Below are positions 45,990 through 55,716 of a DNA stretch of 64,000 nucleotides, in pieces. Position numbers and translations under genes: made by a program. Below the pieces are notes generated by a model. It had not been told where the DNA came from and searched no databases. It worked only from the letters and a program-made list of their open reading frames with translations. Source of the DNA: Thermoanaerobaculia bacterium (GTDB taxonomy: Bacteria; Acidobacteriota; Thermoanaerobaculia; Multivoradales; UBA5704); NCBI GenBank assembly GCA_044868005.1, contig JBIOVX010000017.1, positions 9,377-73,376 on the forward strand, written 5' to 3'. Numbering within the stretch: the first letter of the stretch is position 1; the number at the start of each line of letters is the position of its first letter.

Positions 45990-48280
45990 TGGATATAACC
46001 GAGAGCGCGCAAGCCTCGCTCGGTCTCCGGCTGGGCTGCCATCCCGGCCGCGGGCACGCGGCGGTTTCCGGGCAGCCACAGGCGCAGCACCGGGCCGGCA
46101 GGAGCGGCGGCGGCCGAGGCGGTGAGGACGGCGATGCCCGCGGCACCTCCAGCATAGACCATGCCCCGGCCGATGCGGACGGCGACCGGCCGGCCGTCGT
46201 CGAGCCGCGCCTCGACGGACCGCACACCGGAAGCTTCCCCGTCGAGCAGAAAACCCTTCGCCAGCGCCTCCGCGCCGAGGTCGAAGCGTACACGGACGCC
46301 GTCGAGCTCGACGCGGTCCTCGTCGCCCAGGAAGTACGAGACCCAGCCGGACGGCGGCCGGTCGAGCACGATCGAGCCCCGCAGACGCGAAGCCGGCGGC
46401 AGACCGGAGGCGATGACGCGCAGCCCCGGCAACTGGCGGTCGAGCTGGCGGTCGATGATCGGTTGGAGGCGGCCGATCTCTTCGGGCGCGGCGGCGGCCC
46501 GGTTGCTCTTCTCGGCGGCGTCGCGCGCGAGCTCGTAGAGCTCGACGCGCCGCAGCCGCTCGAGATCGAGGCTCCAGAGATGGGCCTGGAGCGGATCCGA
46601 CGGCGCATAGGGGGTGCGCGGATTGAACAGGATGAGCTTGCGGCGGTCGAGCACGGCGGCGGCCCGCAGGGGACCGATCATCATGTGCTGGGCGAAGGCG
46701 GCCAGGCGCGGCAAGGGAGCGTTGCCGGTCAGCGCCGGCATCAGATCGACGCCCTCCCACGACGGGTCCGCCTCGCCGCCCGCCGCCCGCACGAGAGTGG
46801 GCGCGAGGTCGAGCAGCCGCACGGTGCCGCGCAGCCGCGAGCCGGCGGGAATGCGGCCGTCCCAGCGCGCCAGCAGCGGCACGTGGATCTGCTCCTCATA
46901 GAGAGTGAAGCCGTGCTTCCAGCCGCCGTGATCGCCGAGCTCCTCGCCGTGATCCGCCGCGAGCACCACCAGGGTGTTGGCCATCACCCGCGGCGGAATC
47001 GCGTCGAGCAACCGGCCGATGAAGCGGTCGGCATAATGGATCTCGCTGTCATAGAGGGCCTTGAGCTGCTCGGTGTCGCGCCGCGGGTGCGCGAGCGGAA
47101 CCTTCCCCGCGTAGACGCCGTGCACGTGGCCGCCGGTGATCTGGCCCCGGTAGTCCGGCAGGAAAGGCGAGCGTCCGTTCACGATCTCCGGATTGTCGTA
47201 CGGATCGTGAGGATCGACGTAATGGACGTAGAGGAAGAACGGCGCGTTGCGGTGCGCCTCCAACCACGGCTGCACCCGCGCCGTCAGGTCCGCGGCGTCC
47301 GGCTGCCCGACTCCTTGCCGGGCGGAGAGAGAAGGCGGGCTGTAGAAGGTGGCAAAACCGCGCGCGAACCCATTGCCCGCATGCAAGGTCTTGTTGGCGA
47401 AGAAGCCGCCGGTTTCATAGCCGAGCTTCGCCATCGCCTCCGGCAGCGCCTGGGTGCCTTCGGGAATGCCATAGGTTGTCGAATCGTGGCCGAGGATCTC
47501 GCCCGGATAGCGGCTGGTCATGAAGGAGACGACGGAGGGCAGGGTCCACGGCGCCTGCGAGTAGGCCTCCTCCACCACCGCGCCGGGCTGCGCCAGCGTC
47601 CGCGCGAGATTGGGCGAGGTCTCGCGGCGGTAACCGTACGGCGTCAGATGGTCGAAGCGCAGCGTATCGACGAGGATGAAGATGACGTTGGGCCGCTCCC
47701 GCTCGGCGGCGGCCGACATTGTCACCGGCCCCCAGGCGACCAGGTTGGAGTGCAGGTGCTCCGGGGGGAGGCCCTCCAGGACCGCATGGAACTCCAGGGT
47801 GACTTCACGCTCCGCCCAACGCGAGAGGTCGGCCGTGAAATCGAGCCACTGGGGATGCTGCCGCTCGGCGGTCCAGGCCACGTCGAGCACCTCGCGATCG
47901 CCGCCGCTTCTCGCTTCCACCCAGGCGCGCAAGCTGCGGATGACCTGCCAGGCTTCCGGGAGGAGCTGCACGCCGGCGTGCAGTTCCGCTCCGGCCGGGA
48001 TGCGCCCGCGCCACCGCCAGGTATCCTGCGCGGTGAGCACCGCCGTCCGGCGCTCGCCGTCGAAGGTGAAGGGGACGACCTCCGGAGGACGGCGGAACCA
48101 GAGGCCGGCATCCGCGGAGGCCTCCCCCAAGGAGAAGCTCCGGGCGTTGACGGTGTCGAGCAGCGAGAGCTGGCTCGGAAGCGCGCGGCCGGAGCAGCCG
48201 GATAATCCCAGGCCGCCCAAGCCGCTCAGGGCGAAGCAGCCGAGAGCCGCGAGGCGCTGGAGACGCGGACGCCGGATCAA
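45986..48280 (-). CDS. Sulfatase-like (alkaline phosphatase superfamily) lipoprotein
   Basis: PNVIFILVDTLRFD, APWTLPS, HYVDPHDPY, ADHGE, HG..LY.E..HVPL; lipobox-like LSGC. Confidence 0.85.
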   Translation of the reverse strand: MIRRPRLQRLAALGCFALSGLGGLGLSGCSGRALPSQLSLLDTVNARSFSLGEASADAGLWFRRPPEVVPFTFDGERRTAVLTAQDTWRWRGRIPAGAELHAGVQLLPEAWQVIRSLRAWVEARSGGDREVLDVAWTAERQHPQWLDFTADLSRWAEREVTLEFHAVLEGLPPEHLHSNLVAWGPVTMSAAAERERPNVIFILVDTLRFDHLTPYGYRRETSPNLARTLAQPGAVVEEAYSQAPWTLPSVVSFMTSRYPGEILGHDSTTYGIPEGTQALPEAMAKLGYETGGFFANKTLHAGNGFARGFATFYSPPSLSARQGVGQPDAADLTARVQPWLEAHRNAPFFLYVHYVDPHDPYDNPEIVNGRSPFLPDYRGQITGGHVHGVYAGKVPLAHPRRDTEQLKALYDSEIHYADRFIGRLLDAIPPRVMANTLVVLAADHGEELGDHGGWKHGFTLYEEQIHVPLLARWDGRIPAGSRLRGTVRLLDLAPTLVRAAGGEADPSWEGVDLMPALTGNAPLPRLAAFAQHMMIGPLRAAAVLDRRKLILFNPRTPYAPSDPLQAHLWSLDLERLRRVELYELARDAAEKSNRAAAAPEEIGRLQPIIDRQLDRQLPGLRVIASGLPPASRLRGSIVLDRPPSGWVSYFLGDEDRVELDGVRVRFDLGAEALAKGFLLDGEASGVRSVEARLDDGRPVAVRIGRGMVYAGGAAGIAVLTASAAAAPAGPVLRLWLPGNRRVPAAGMAAQPETERGLRALGYIQ

Positions 48281-49011
48281 GCTCGCTCCCCGTTGCCGGG
48301 ACGCCGGCGGCCCTGCCTCCAATGGCGCCAGCGCAGGGCCAGCACGTCCCGCAGCATGCGGAAGGAGTCGGTCAGCGGATCGACTCGCGAAGAGGGCGAG
48401 TCGGCCCAGCGCACCCCGACCTCGACCACGCGATAGCCGCGCCGGCGGGCGAGCCACACCAGCTCGACGTCGTAGGCGAAGCGCTCGATGGTGAGCTCGG
48501 AGAAGAGGCGGCGGGCCACGTCGCCGTCCAGCAGCTTGAAGCCGCACTGGGTATCGCGCAGGCCGCGCACGCCGGCGAGACGGACGATGAGGTTGAAGAT
48601 GCGGCCCATCATCTCGCGATAGTAGGGCTGGTGCTTGACGATCTCGGAACCGGCAACGGCGCGGCTGCCGAACACCAGCTCGGAGTCCGCCAGCCGGGGC
48701 CGCAGCTTTTCGAGCTCCTCGATGGGCGTCGAGAGATCGGCGTCCGTGAGCAGGACCTCTCGACCCTGGCTGGCGAGGACGCCGGCCTTGAGCACGGCGC
48801 CCTTGCCGCGATTCACCCCCTGGCGCAGGACGCGCACGCCTTCGCCGGAGAACCTCTCCGCCACCTCCGCCGTGGCGTCGGTGCTGCCGTCGTCGACCAC
48901 CAGCACCTCGTAGGCGGTGCCGTCCCGCCGCAGGTAGTCCACCACCTGCCGCAGCGTGGGATCGAGACGCGTCGCTTCGTTGTACGCTGGGATGACAATG
49001 GAGAGATCCAT
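48277..49011 (-). CDS. Polyprenol-phosphate glycosyltransferase (DPG-synthase-like GT2)
   Basis: LSIVIPAYNE, NRGKG, DADLS, DTQCGFK, FAYDVE. Confidence 0.9.
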   Translation of the reverse strand: MDLSIVIPAYNEATRLDPTLRQVVDYLRRDGTAYEVLVVDDGSTDATAEVAERFSGEGVRVLRQGVNRGKGAVLKAGVLASQGREVLLTDADLSTPIEELEKLRPRLADSELVFGSRAVAGSEIVKHQPYYREMMGRIFNLIVRLAGVRGLRDTQCGFKLLDGDVARRLFSELTIERFAYDVELVWLARRRGYRVVEVGVRWADSPSSRVDPLTDSFRMLRDVLALRWRHWRQGRRRPGNGERA

Positions 49012-49039
49012 GGCGGGCAGTGCGGGATTATATGGGGTC

Positions 49040-50254
49040 GTGATCCTCGACGGCCTCGACGCCGGCCAACTGGCCGGCACGCTCGCCGTGGCGCACCGGC
49101 TGCTGCGGGACGGGGGCAAGGTGCTGATCCCCGGACCGCCCGCGGATCTCGATCCCCGGCGACTCGTGATCGCCCTCTCGGAGGCTGGGTTCGTGATCCT
49201 GAAGCCGCCGCGGGGAGCGCCTCCCGAAGAAGCGTTCCTGGCCCGCCGCGACAGCTTCCTCGTCCGCGAGTACCGGCAGGGCGACGAGGCGCAGATCCTG
49301 CCGATGTTCCATCGCAGCTTCCACGTCGAGCGCAGCCTCGCGCGTTGGGACTGGGAGTATCGCGAGAACCCTTACGGCGGGCTCAAGATCAGCGAGGCGT
49401 TCAGCGAGGACGGACGGCTCGCCGCTCACTACGCCGGCTATCCCGTGCGCTTTCACCGCGAGATCGATGGCGAGCGCCGCACGTTCCAGGCCCTGCAGGT
49501 CGGCGACACCATGACCGAGCCGTCCTTTCGCCACGTGGGACGCGGACCGACCAGCCTGCTCGGCAGGACCGTCCGCCACTACTACGCCCGCTTCTGCGAG
49601 GCCCAAGTCGACTTCAACTACGGGTTCAACACCGGCAACATCCAGCGCTTCTCGCTGAGCTTCGTCGGCGCCCGCCGGCTGGAGGACCTGCCGTTCCACG
49701 TGCTGGACCTCGCCAGGCGGCCTCTTCCCGTTCCCAATGCGTTCCTCTCGCGGCTCGCCGGGTACAGAGTCGAGCGGATCACGCATTTCGACGAGCGTTG
49801 GGACGGGTTCTTCCGGCAGGTGAGCGGCGCCTACCGATTCTTGATCGAGCGCGACGCCCGCTACCTCGAATGGCGCTACGCCCGCTGCCCGGACATCGAG
49901 TACTTCCTCTACGCCCTCTTCCACCGCGGCAGGCTCGCGGGCTGGAGCGTCTTCCGGCGCAAGGGGGACCGCCTGCTGTGGGGCGACGCGCTGTTCGACC
50001 CCGGCCGTCCGGGCGCGGTCCGGCGGCTCCTCGCTGGAGCTCTCGCGGATCCGCAGCACCGCGAGGTGAAGACGGTCGAGGCCTGGATCACCGGCCGGCC
50101 CGCCTGGTGGCGCGAGCGCGCCGAGAGCCTGGGCTTCGAGAGCCGGCCGGAGCCGGAGGACCTGGGGTTCGTGTTCGTCCCCTTCAACGTAGACCCCGAG
50201 GAGGAGCTCCGCGCCCATCTCTACTACATGATGGGCGACAGCGATCTGTTCTGA
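49040..50254 (+). CDS. GNAT-family acyltransferase
   Basis: WEY.ENP.G, LAAHYA, DTMT.P.FR..G, YGF, RD..YL.WRY tandem-GNAT pattern; start uncertain. Confidence 0.75.
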   Translation: MILDGLDAGQLAGTLAVAHRLLRDGGKVLIPGPPADLDPRRLVIALSEAGFVILKPPRGAPPEEAFLARRDSFLVREYRQGDEAQILPMFHRSFHVERSLARWDWEYRENPYGGLKISEAFSEDGRLAAHYAGYPVRFHREIDGERRTFQALQVGDTMTEPSFRHVGRGPTSLLGRTVRHYYARFCEAQVDFNYGFNTGNIQRFSLSFVGARRLEDLPFHVLDLARRPLPVPNAFLSRLAGYRVERITHFDERWDGFFRQVSGAYRFLIERDARYLEWRYARCPDIEYFLYALFHRGRLAGWSVFRRKGDRLLWGDALFDPGRPGAVRRLLAGALADPQHREVKTVEAWITGRPAWWRERAESLGFESRPEPEDLGFVFVPFNVDPEEELRAHLYYMMGDSDLF

Positions 50255-50256
50255 CT

Positions 50257-52065
50257 TCAGTCCGCCAGGTGAAAGCGGCGCATGCGGCTGAATCCGGAGA
50301 CCGCGCCGGCCGCGTTTCGCGCCTCGATCCACCAGTAGTGCTCGTCCCGGCCGTAGAGGCGGTCCGAGGTAGTGAGGATCTCTGCCGAAAAGCTCGCCCT
50401 GAGGACGCCTCCCTGAACCGCTCCGGCGTCGAGATCGAAAACCGCGCCGTTGATCCTGGTGACGAGGATCATGCGGAACCGCACGTGCTCCCCGGAGGGC
50501 ACCGCGACTTCGGCGAAGTCCCGGCCCGGCTTCACGGCAGCTCCCTCCGCCGGACGAAGAACCTGGAATTCGGGGAGGGCCGGCGGCGGGGGGACGAAGC
50601 GCCGCAGCGCACCCTTCTGCCACTCATAGACCGGGCGCCCGGCCGCCGGCAGCAGCTCCGCGCCGGAGAGAGGAGGAAGGGGATAGAGGGAGACCCGCTC
50701 GCGGACGAACGGCGGATGGACGGAGTCCCAGAGGCCGTAATGGTAGACCTGCGCGATGGGCACCTGGGCCTGGTTCAGCAGGAAGTAGGGATAGCGCGTG
50801 ACGAACATCTCCTCGTGCCCGTGCGGCCGGCCGGCGCGCAGCAGCTCGCTCTGTATCCGCTGAGCGGTACGCCCCGCGGCGATGTAGGAGTCGACGTAGC
50901 CCGCGAGAAGAAGGCTCCAGAGGACGGCGAGGAGACCGGCCGCCGCGGGGGCCAGATGCCGCCACGGCGGGCGGGTGGCGGCGAAGGCCCCGCGCGCCAG
51001 GAAGGCCACGCTCATGGCGGCTCCCGCGGCGGCGAGATACCAGTACCTGCCGTTTCCGGGCACCGACGGGCGGAAGGCGAAGGGAGCCTGGGCGAGGAGG
51101 ATCCAGATCCAGGAGAACAGCCAGCGCCGAGCGTGGCCGCCGTCGAGCGAGCGACCGCGGAGGAGCCAGAAGGCGGCCGGCGCGGCCACCAGCACGGTGC
51201 ACGAGACGATGGCGGTCCAGGGTCCCGGCCATCCGTCGTACACCGGCAGGTGGAGCTGGTGAATGGAGGTCGCGAGATCGCCGGCGACCTGCCGCAGGTG
51301 CGGCGCGAGGAGCCGCTGACTGTACTCCTCGTAGCCGCCGACGAACACGCCGAAGATCACCTTTCTCAGCAGGAAGTAGAGTCCCAGGACGCCAAAAAAG
51401 GGTAGATATCCCAGAGGGCGGCGCGCCGTCTTCGTCCGCACCGCCCCGAGATGGTCGTACGCGGCGAGCAACACCGGCAGCACCGCCGCCGCCTCATAGG
51501 AGCCGAGGGCGAGGACGAAGAGCGCCAGGGCACCGCCCCACGCCGCGCTGGAGCCGTCCTCCCGGAAACGCTGATAGGCGAGCGTCGCGGCGAGCATGAA
51601 GAACGCTCCGAACAAGGTGGCGAAGCTGGCGCTGAACACCACGGCGTTGGGGTGGAGCGGATAGAGCGCGAAGAGCAGGGCGGCGGCGAACGGCGTCATC
51701 GTCTTCCCCGGCCCATCGAGCGTTCGGCTCAGCCGGCGGACGATCGCCCAGAGCAGCAGGGTGTTCGCCATGTGCGCCCACAGGTGGACGGCGTTGTAGC
51801 CGAAGGGCCGGCCGCCGAACGCCGCGATCTCGAGCCCGTAGAGGAGCGTCGAAACCGGCCGGTAGAACCTGACCACCGAGATCTCCAGCCACGGAGCCAT
51901 AAAAAGCGAACGGAGATCCTGCCACGGAGGGTTTTCGAACAGGAAACGGATGAGGAGATAGTCCTCGCTCGTGAACGGCCGGCTCAGCGCCCGCCCATAG
52001 AAGACCAGCACCGAAGCGCAGAGGACCGCCGGCGGCAGGAGCCTCTCCCACCGGCCGCCGGTCAT
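50257..52065 (-). CDS. Multi-pass membrane protein, GT-C-like glycosyltransferase
   Basis: FTSED, FYRP, H..N..L, LFALYPLH, SYE motifs; many TM helices. Confidence 0.7.
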   Translation of the reverse strand: MTGGRWERLLPPAVLCASVLVFYGRALSRPFTSEDYLLIRFLFENPPWQDLRSLFMAPWLEISVVRFYRPVSTLLYGLEIAAFGGRPFGYNAVHLWAHMANTLLLWAIVRRLSRTLDGPGKTMTPFAAALLFALYPLHPNAVVFSASFATLFGAFFMLAATLAYQRFREDGSSAAWGGALALFVLALGSYEAAAVLPVLLAAYDHLGAVRTKTARRPLGYLPFFGVLGLYFLLRKVIFGVFVGGYEEYSQRLLAPHLRQVAGDLATSIHQLHLPVYDGWPGPWTAIVSCTVLVAAPAAFWLLRGRSLDGGHARRWLFSWIWILLAQAPFAFRPSVPGNGRYWYLAAAGAAMSVAFLARGAFAATRPPWRHLAPAAAGLLAVLWSLLLAGYVDSYIAAGRTAQRIQSELLRAGRPHGHEEMFVTRYPYFLLNQAQVPIAQVYHYGLWDSVHPPFVRERVSLYPLPPLSGAELLPAAGRPVYEWQKGALRRFVPPPPALPEFQVLRPAEGAAVKPGRDFAEVAVPSGEHVRFRMILVTRINGAVFDLDAGAVQGGVLRASFSAEILTTSDRLYGRDEHYWWIEARNAAGAVSGFSRMRRFHLAD

Positions 52066-52077
52066 GCGTCCGGCCGC

Positions 52078-52776
52078 CTACCAGTCATGCTCGTGGGTCT
52101 TCTGGAAGATCGTGTCGTGCGGCGCGGACCGCTCCTCCTCGGGCCGGCCGTTCGTGTAGTAGTAGAAGGAGACCGACTTGCGGCTCGTCCCTTCCGGGCA
52201 GGCGAGCGGCGCGGGGTGGCCGTGGTAGGAGAAGTCCGTGGTGCTGAAGACCACCGTGCGGTTGAACACCGGCAGGATCTTCTGCTCGCAGCGCGTCATG
52301 TCGCGGTTCCACAGCTCGAGGTGCCCGCCGTACTCCTCTTGCCAGTCCTTGTTCAGGTAGACGAGCAGGTTGAGCCGGCGGTCGAGCTTGAGGAGCGGGT
52401 GCCAGTTGAAATCCACATGAACCTTGAGAAAGCCGCCGGGCAGGATCTGGTGCGGCCCCGCGCCGCCGTAGTAGGGGTCGGGGATGAGCCCTTCGATGCC
52501 GGTCAAGGCCTCGAGAAACCGCAGCACCGGCACGGAGTTCATCTCATAGAGGAAAAGCTGGAGGGCGGGGCGCAGCGCCGACTCGTGCCAGTAGCCGAGC
52601 TTCTTCTCCGTCGCGTTGTCGAACCGCCGCCACTCGATCTCCTCCGGCCGCGGGAATTCCGCGAGGATGGTCTCCAGGGTCTCGGCCGGGAACAGATTGT
52701 CGATCACCGCGTGCGGGAAGGGGCGCGCGGCGACGTAGCTCGCGTGCAACGCCTTCGGGTCGGCCAGGAGCTTCAT
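52078..52776 (-). CDS. 2OG-Fe(II) oxygenase
   Basis: PFPHAVIDN, HVDFN, LNLLVYLN..W..EYGG.LELW, SYHG, RKS. Confidence 0.9.
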   Translation of the reverse strand: MKLLADPKALHASYVAARPFPHAVIDNLFPAETLETILAEFPRPEEIEWRRFDNATEKKLGYWHESALRPALQLFLYEMNSVPVLRFLEALTGIEGLIPDPYYGGAGPHQILPGGFLKVHVDFNWHPLLKLDRRLNLLVYLNKDWQEEYGGHLELWNRDMTRCEQKILPVFNRTVVFSTTDFSYHGHPAPLACPEGTSRKSVSFYYYTNGRPEEERSAPHDTIFQKTHEHDW

Positions 52777-52787
52777 GAGCCTCAAGT

Positions 52788-53636
52788 CTAACGCGACAGG
52801 GAGCCCACGGCGGTCATCGCCGCGGCGTCGAGCTCGATCTCCAGCGCCCGCAGGTTCTCGGCGATATGAAGGGGATCGGTGCTGGAGGGCAGCGGCGCGA
52901 GGCCGCGCTGCACGTTCCAGCGCAGCACGATCTGTGCGGGGGAGCACCGATGCCGGTCCGCCAGCTCCGCGAGCAACGGCTCGGCCAGGAGCCCCGCCGC
53001 CGAGAGGGGCGAGTGGGCCATGAGGCGGACGCCCCGTTCGCCACACCAGCCCACGATCTCCGTGTTCGGCTGATAAGGCGAGCAGGCGATCTGGTTCGCG
53101 GCCGGCAGCTCGGGCCCCAGCGCCGCGATCTGCGCCGGCGCGAAGTTGCTCACCCCGACGTGGCCGGCGAGGCCTCGCCGTTCCAGGTCCCGCAGGGCCG
53201 CCCAGGTCTCCGCCGGCGGCACGTCGTCCGTCTCGATGTTCCCCTCCGCGTCGCGCGGCAGAGCCCGCCGCTCGAGCTCCTCCCAGCCGGTTTCCTCGGC
53301 ATCGACCAGCGGACCCCGATGCCGCCAGGCCTCGGGCGCGTGCAGGAGGTAGAGGTCGAAGGCAGCGAGGCCGAGGCGCAGCAGCGAGCTCTCGCACGCC
53401 TGCCGCAGCGCCGCCGGCCGAAAGTTGGTCCGCCAGACCTTGCCGACGATGAACAGCTCGGCGCGGGGAACGTGGCGCAAGGCCCGGCCCACCGCGCGCT
53501 CGTTGCCGTAGAGCTCCGCCAGGTCGAAAAGGCGGTAGCCGAGAGCCGCCGCCGTGTGCGCGGCGCCTTCCAGGTCGACGCGTTGCCCGTGCGCACGGAA
53601 CGGCGAGCAGCCGAAGCCGATGGGCGGCAGCTTCAT
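52788..53636 (-). CDS. Aldo/keto reductase
   Basis: GYRLFDLAELYGNE, DLYLLHAP, GVSNF, SPAQIVLRW. Confidence 0.9.
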   Translation of the reverse strand: MKLPPIGFGCSPFRAHGQRVDLEGAAHTAAALGYRLFDLAELYGNERAVGRALRHVPRAELFIVGKVWRTNFRPAALRQACESSLLRLGLAAFDLYLLHAPEAWRHRGPLVDAEETGWEELERRALPRDAEGNIETDDVPPAETWAALRDLERRGLAGHVGVSNFAPAQIAALGPELPAANQIACSPYQPNTEIVGWCGERGVRLMAHSPLSAAGLLAEPLLAELADRHRCSPAQIVLRWNVQRGLAPLPSSTDPLHIAENLRALEIELDAAAMTAVGSLSR

Positions 53637-54595
53637 GGCGCCGGAAGCCGCAGCCGGTCCGCAAAGAAGCGGGCGAGGGCCCGGGCCGTGACCTCCGGGC
53701 GGAAGGAGGCCGCCGTGCTGCGTCCGCCGGCGCGCAGGCGATCGAGAAGCTCGCTTTCCTCGTCGAACCGGTCCACCAGGTCGCAGACCCGCTCGACGAG
53801 CGCGTAGATCTCCTGGTTGGGAAAGACGATCGCGTTTTCGCCGTCGCGCAGGAAGTCGCGGCCGCCGAAGGCCTCATAACAGACGGGTATGCAACCCGCG
53901 GCCATGGCCTCGGGGACGGTGGTGTTGAAAGCTTCGTGCGAGTGGACATTGATCAGAAACGTGGAGGTCTGCATCAGCTCGGCGACCTCGCGGTGGGTCA
54001 TGCCGGTGAGCAGGACGAGCGGCCACTGCGGCCGCCGCGCGAGCTCCTTGGCGAGCAGGGCGCCGGCGATCTCCTCGTCGGGAACCGCGGCCAGGCGGTA
54101 GGCCTCCTTGACGGCGAGGAGGACCCGCCGCTCGCGGGGACGCGGATTCGCCTCGAAGAAATACGGCGCGATGAACGGCGGCACGACGTCGGCGGCCAGG
54201 CCGAAATGACGCTCGACGACGCCGGCCACGCGCGGCAGCACCGCCATCGCCGCCTCATAGCCCAAGGCGGCGTAGTCGACCCCGCCCGCGAGACCCCGCA
54301 CGACGAGGAAACCGCCCTGGACGAAGACCACCCGCCGCCAGGGATACCGCCGCACCGCCTCGCTGGCGGCGAGGACCTCGGGCACCACCACCACGTCGCT
54401 CGCCGAGGGCGCGAACCCAGGCTGGTCGAGGTAGTGGACCGGCACCTCCAGCTCGCGCCAGGCCGGCCGGTATGGCGCATGATGATGGAGCACGCACGCC
54501 TCGTGGCCATGCTCGCGCAACAGCCGTACGTGCTCGTAGAGCATCCCCGTGCCCCAGCTCGGCGCGGGATGGTCGGCGACCAGATAGTGGATCAT
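53633..54595 (-). CDS. GT-B glycosyltransferase
   Basis: EAFNTTVPEAMAAGC ExxxxxxxE motif; VVVPEV. Confidence 0.78.
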   Translation of the reverse strand: MIHYLVADHPAPSWGTGMLYEHVRLLREHGHEACVLHHHAPYRPAWRELEVPVHYLDQPGFAPSASDVVVVPEVLAASEAVRRYPWRRVVFVQGGFLVVRGLAGGVDYAALGYEAAMAVLPRVAGVVERHFGLAADVVPPFIAPYFFEANPRPRERRVLLAVKEAYRLAAVPDEEIAGALLAKELARRPQWPLVLLTGMTHREVAELMQTSTFLINVHSHEAFNTTVPEAMAAGCIPVCYEAFGGRDFLRDGENAIVFPNQEIYALVERVCDLVDRFDEESELLDRLRAGGRSTAASFRPEVTARALARFFADRLRLPAP

Positions 54596-54596
54596 G

Positions 54597-55715
54597 CTAG
54601 CTGGTGAGCGCGTAGATGCAATGGCGGCAGATGAAGTCCGCCGGCGCGGGCTCCATGCCGTAGACCCAGCGCCGCAGCAGCGACATGCGCGGGCCCGAGA
54701 GGATGGCGTCCAGCGGCTCCTCGTGGAGATCGCCGACGACGTAGCGGTCGTGGTAGTCCTGGCAGCAGAGGACGCACTGGCCCAGTGGATTGATGTGCAC
54801 CCACTGCACCGGCCGCGACCCGGTCTGCTCACAGCCGCACAGGCGCTGATGCCGGCCGAGGGGGTGCAGGCCGATAGGCACGGCGCCCGCGCGGTCCATG
54901 ACCTCGTAGAAGTGCACCTGGAAGCGGCTGCCGCCGAAGCGCTCGCGGATGGCTTCGAAGTCCTGGCGGTGAACCTCGTCGCCGGTGCCGAGCACCGCGA
55001 CGTCCATTTGCGGCGCCAGCGGCTTGTCCTTGAGGTAGTCGAGATGCCGCAGGACCAGGGGAAGGTGATCGCCGCCCCGATCGCGCCGGTACCGCTCGCG
55101 GTCGAGGGTCGAAAGATTGATCGAGAGATAGCAGAGCCCGCCCATCTCCAGGATGGCGTCCACCCGCGCCGGCGTCAGGCCCGTGGCATTGGTCAGCACG
55201 GCCGGAGGCAGGCCGTAGCGCTTGAGCACGCGCACCTGGTCGAGGAAGTGCTTGTCGGCCGTGGGCTCGTTGTAGTGGATCATCGAGACGCCCTCGATGG
55301 TCGCGCGGTGGGCCGCGAGCTGCGCCACGATCTGCTCGTAGAACTCCATGCTCATGAAGTGGTCCTCGCGGCGATCCACGGAGACCGGGCAGAAGTAGCA
55401 GGCCTGATTGCACACCGTGCTCGCTTCGAGCGACACGTACTTGAGCCGGAAGCGCGCGCCGAGATCGGCGGCGGATTCGACCAGCCACCCGGCGGCGAAC
55501 AGATCGGCGAGCAGATCGCCGGGCAGCTCGCCGGTTCTCTGGTGGCCGCTCCGCAGCTCGTGCAGCTCCCGGAACCCGGCATCGCCGCTGGCGAGGAAGC
55601 GCTCCGTCAGGATGTTGTAGATGCGGTCGGGGCCGAAATGGAGGAACGGCTCGACGACCAGCCGGTCCGCCGTGGGGACGAACCTTTCCGTCCTCCCTAT
55701 GAGCTGCTCGATCAT
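54597..55715 (-). CDS. Radical SAM / SPASM-twitch protein
   Basis: CNQACYFC, YNEP, TNA; C-terminal C...G.CVLCC.D......GD...C..C. Confidence 0.9.
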   Translation of the reverse strand: MIEQLIGRTERFVPTADRLVVEPFLHFGPDRIYNILTERFLASGDAGFRELHELRSGHQRTGELPGDLLADLFAAGWLVESAADLGARFRLKYVSLEASTVCNQACYFCPVSVDRREDHFMSMEFYEQIVAQLAAHRATIEGVSMIHYNEPTADKHFLDQVRVLKRYGLPPAVLTNATGLTPARVDAILEMGGLCYLSINLSTLDRERYRRDRGGDHLPLVLRHLDYLKDKPLAPQMDVAVLGTGDEVHRQDFEAIRERFGGSRFQVHFYEVMDRAGAVPIGLHPLGRHQRLCGCEQTGSRPVQWVHINPLGQCVLCCQDYHDRYVVGDLHEEPLDAILSGPRMSLLRRWVYGMEPAPADFICRHCIYALTS

Positions 55716-55716
55716 C

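Noticed and set aside
48322-51405. 1027-aa plus-strand ORF and other long Arg/Pro/Ala-rich alternative-frame ORFs
   Set aside because: Typical high-GC shadow ORFs overlapping well-supported genes, with no recognisable motifs.
54597-55715. RiPP maturase for the 18-aa peptide
   Set aside because: It lies 23 kb away, embedded in a glycosyltransferase operon, with no adjacent precursor.
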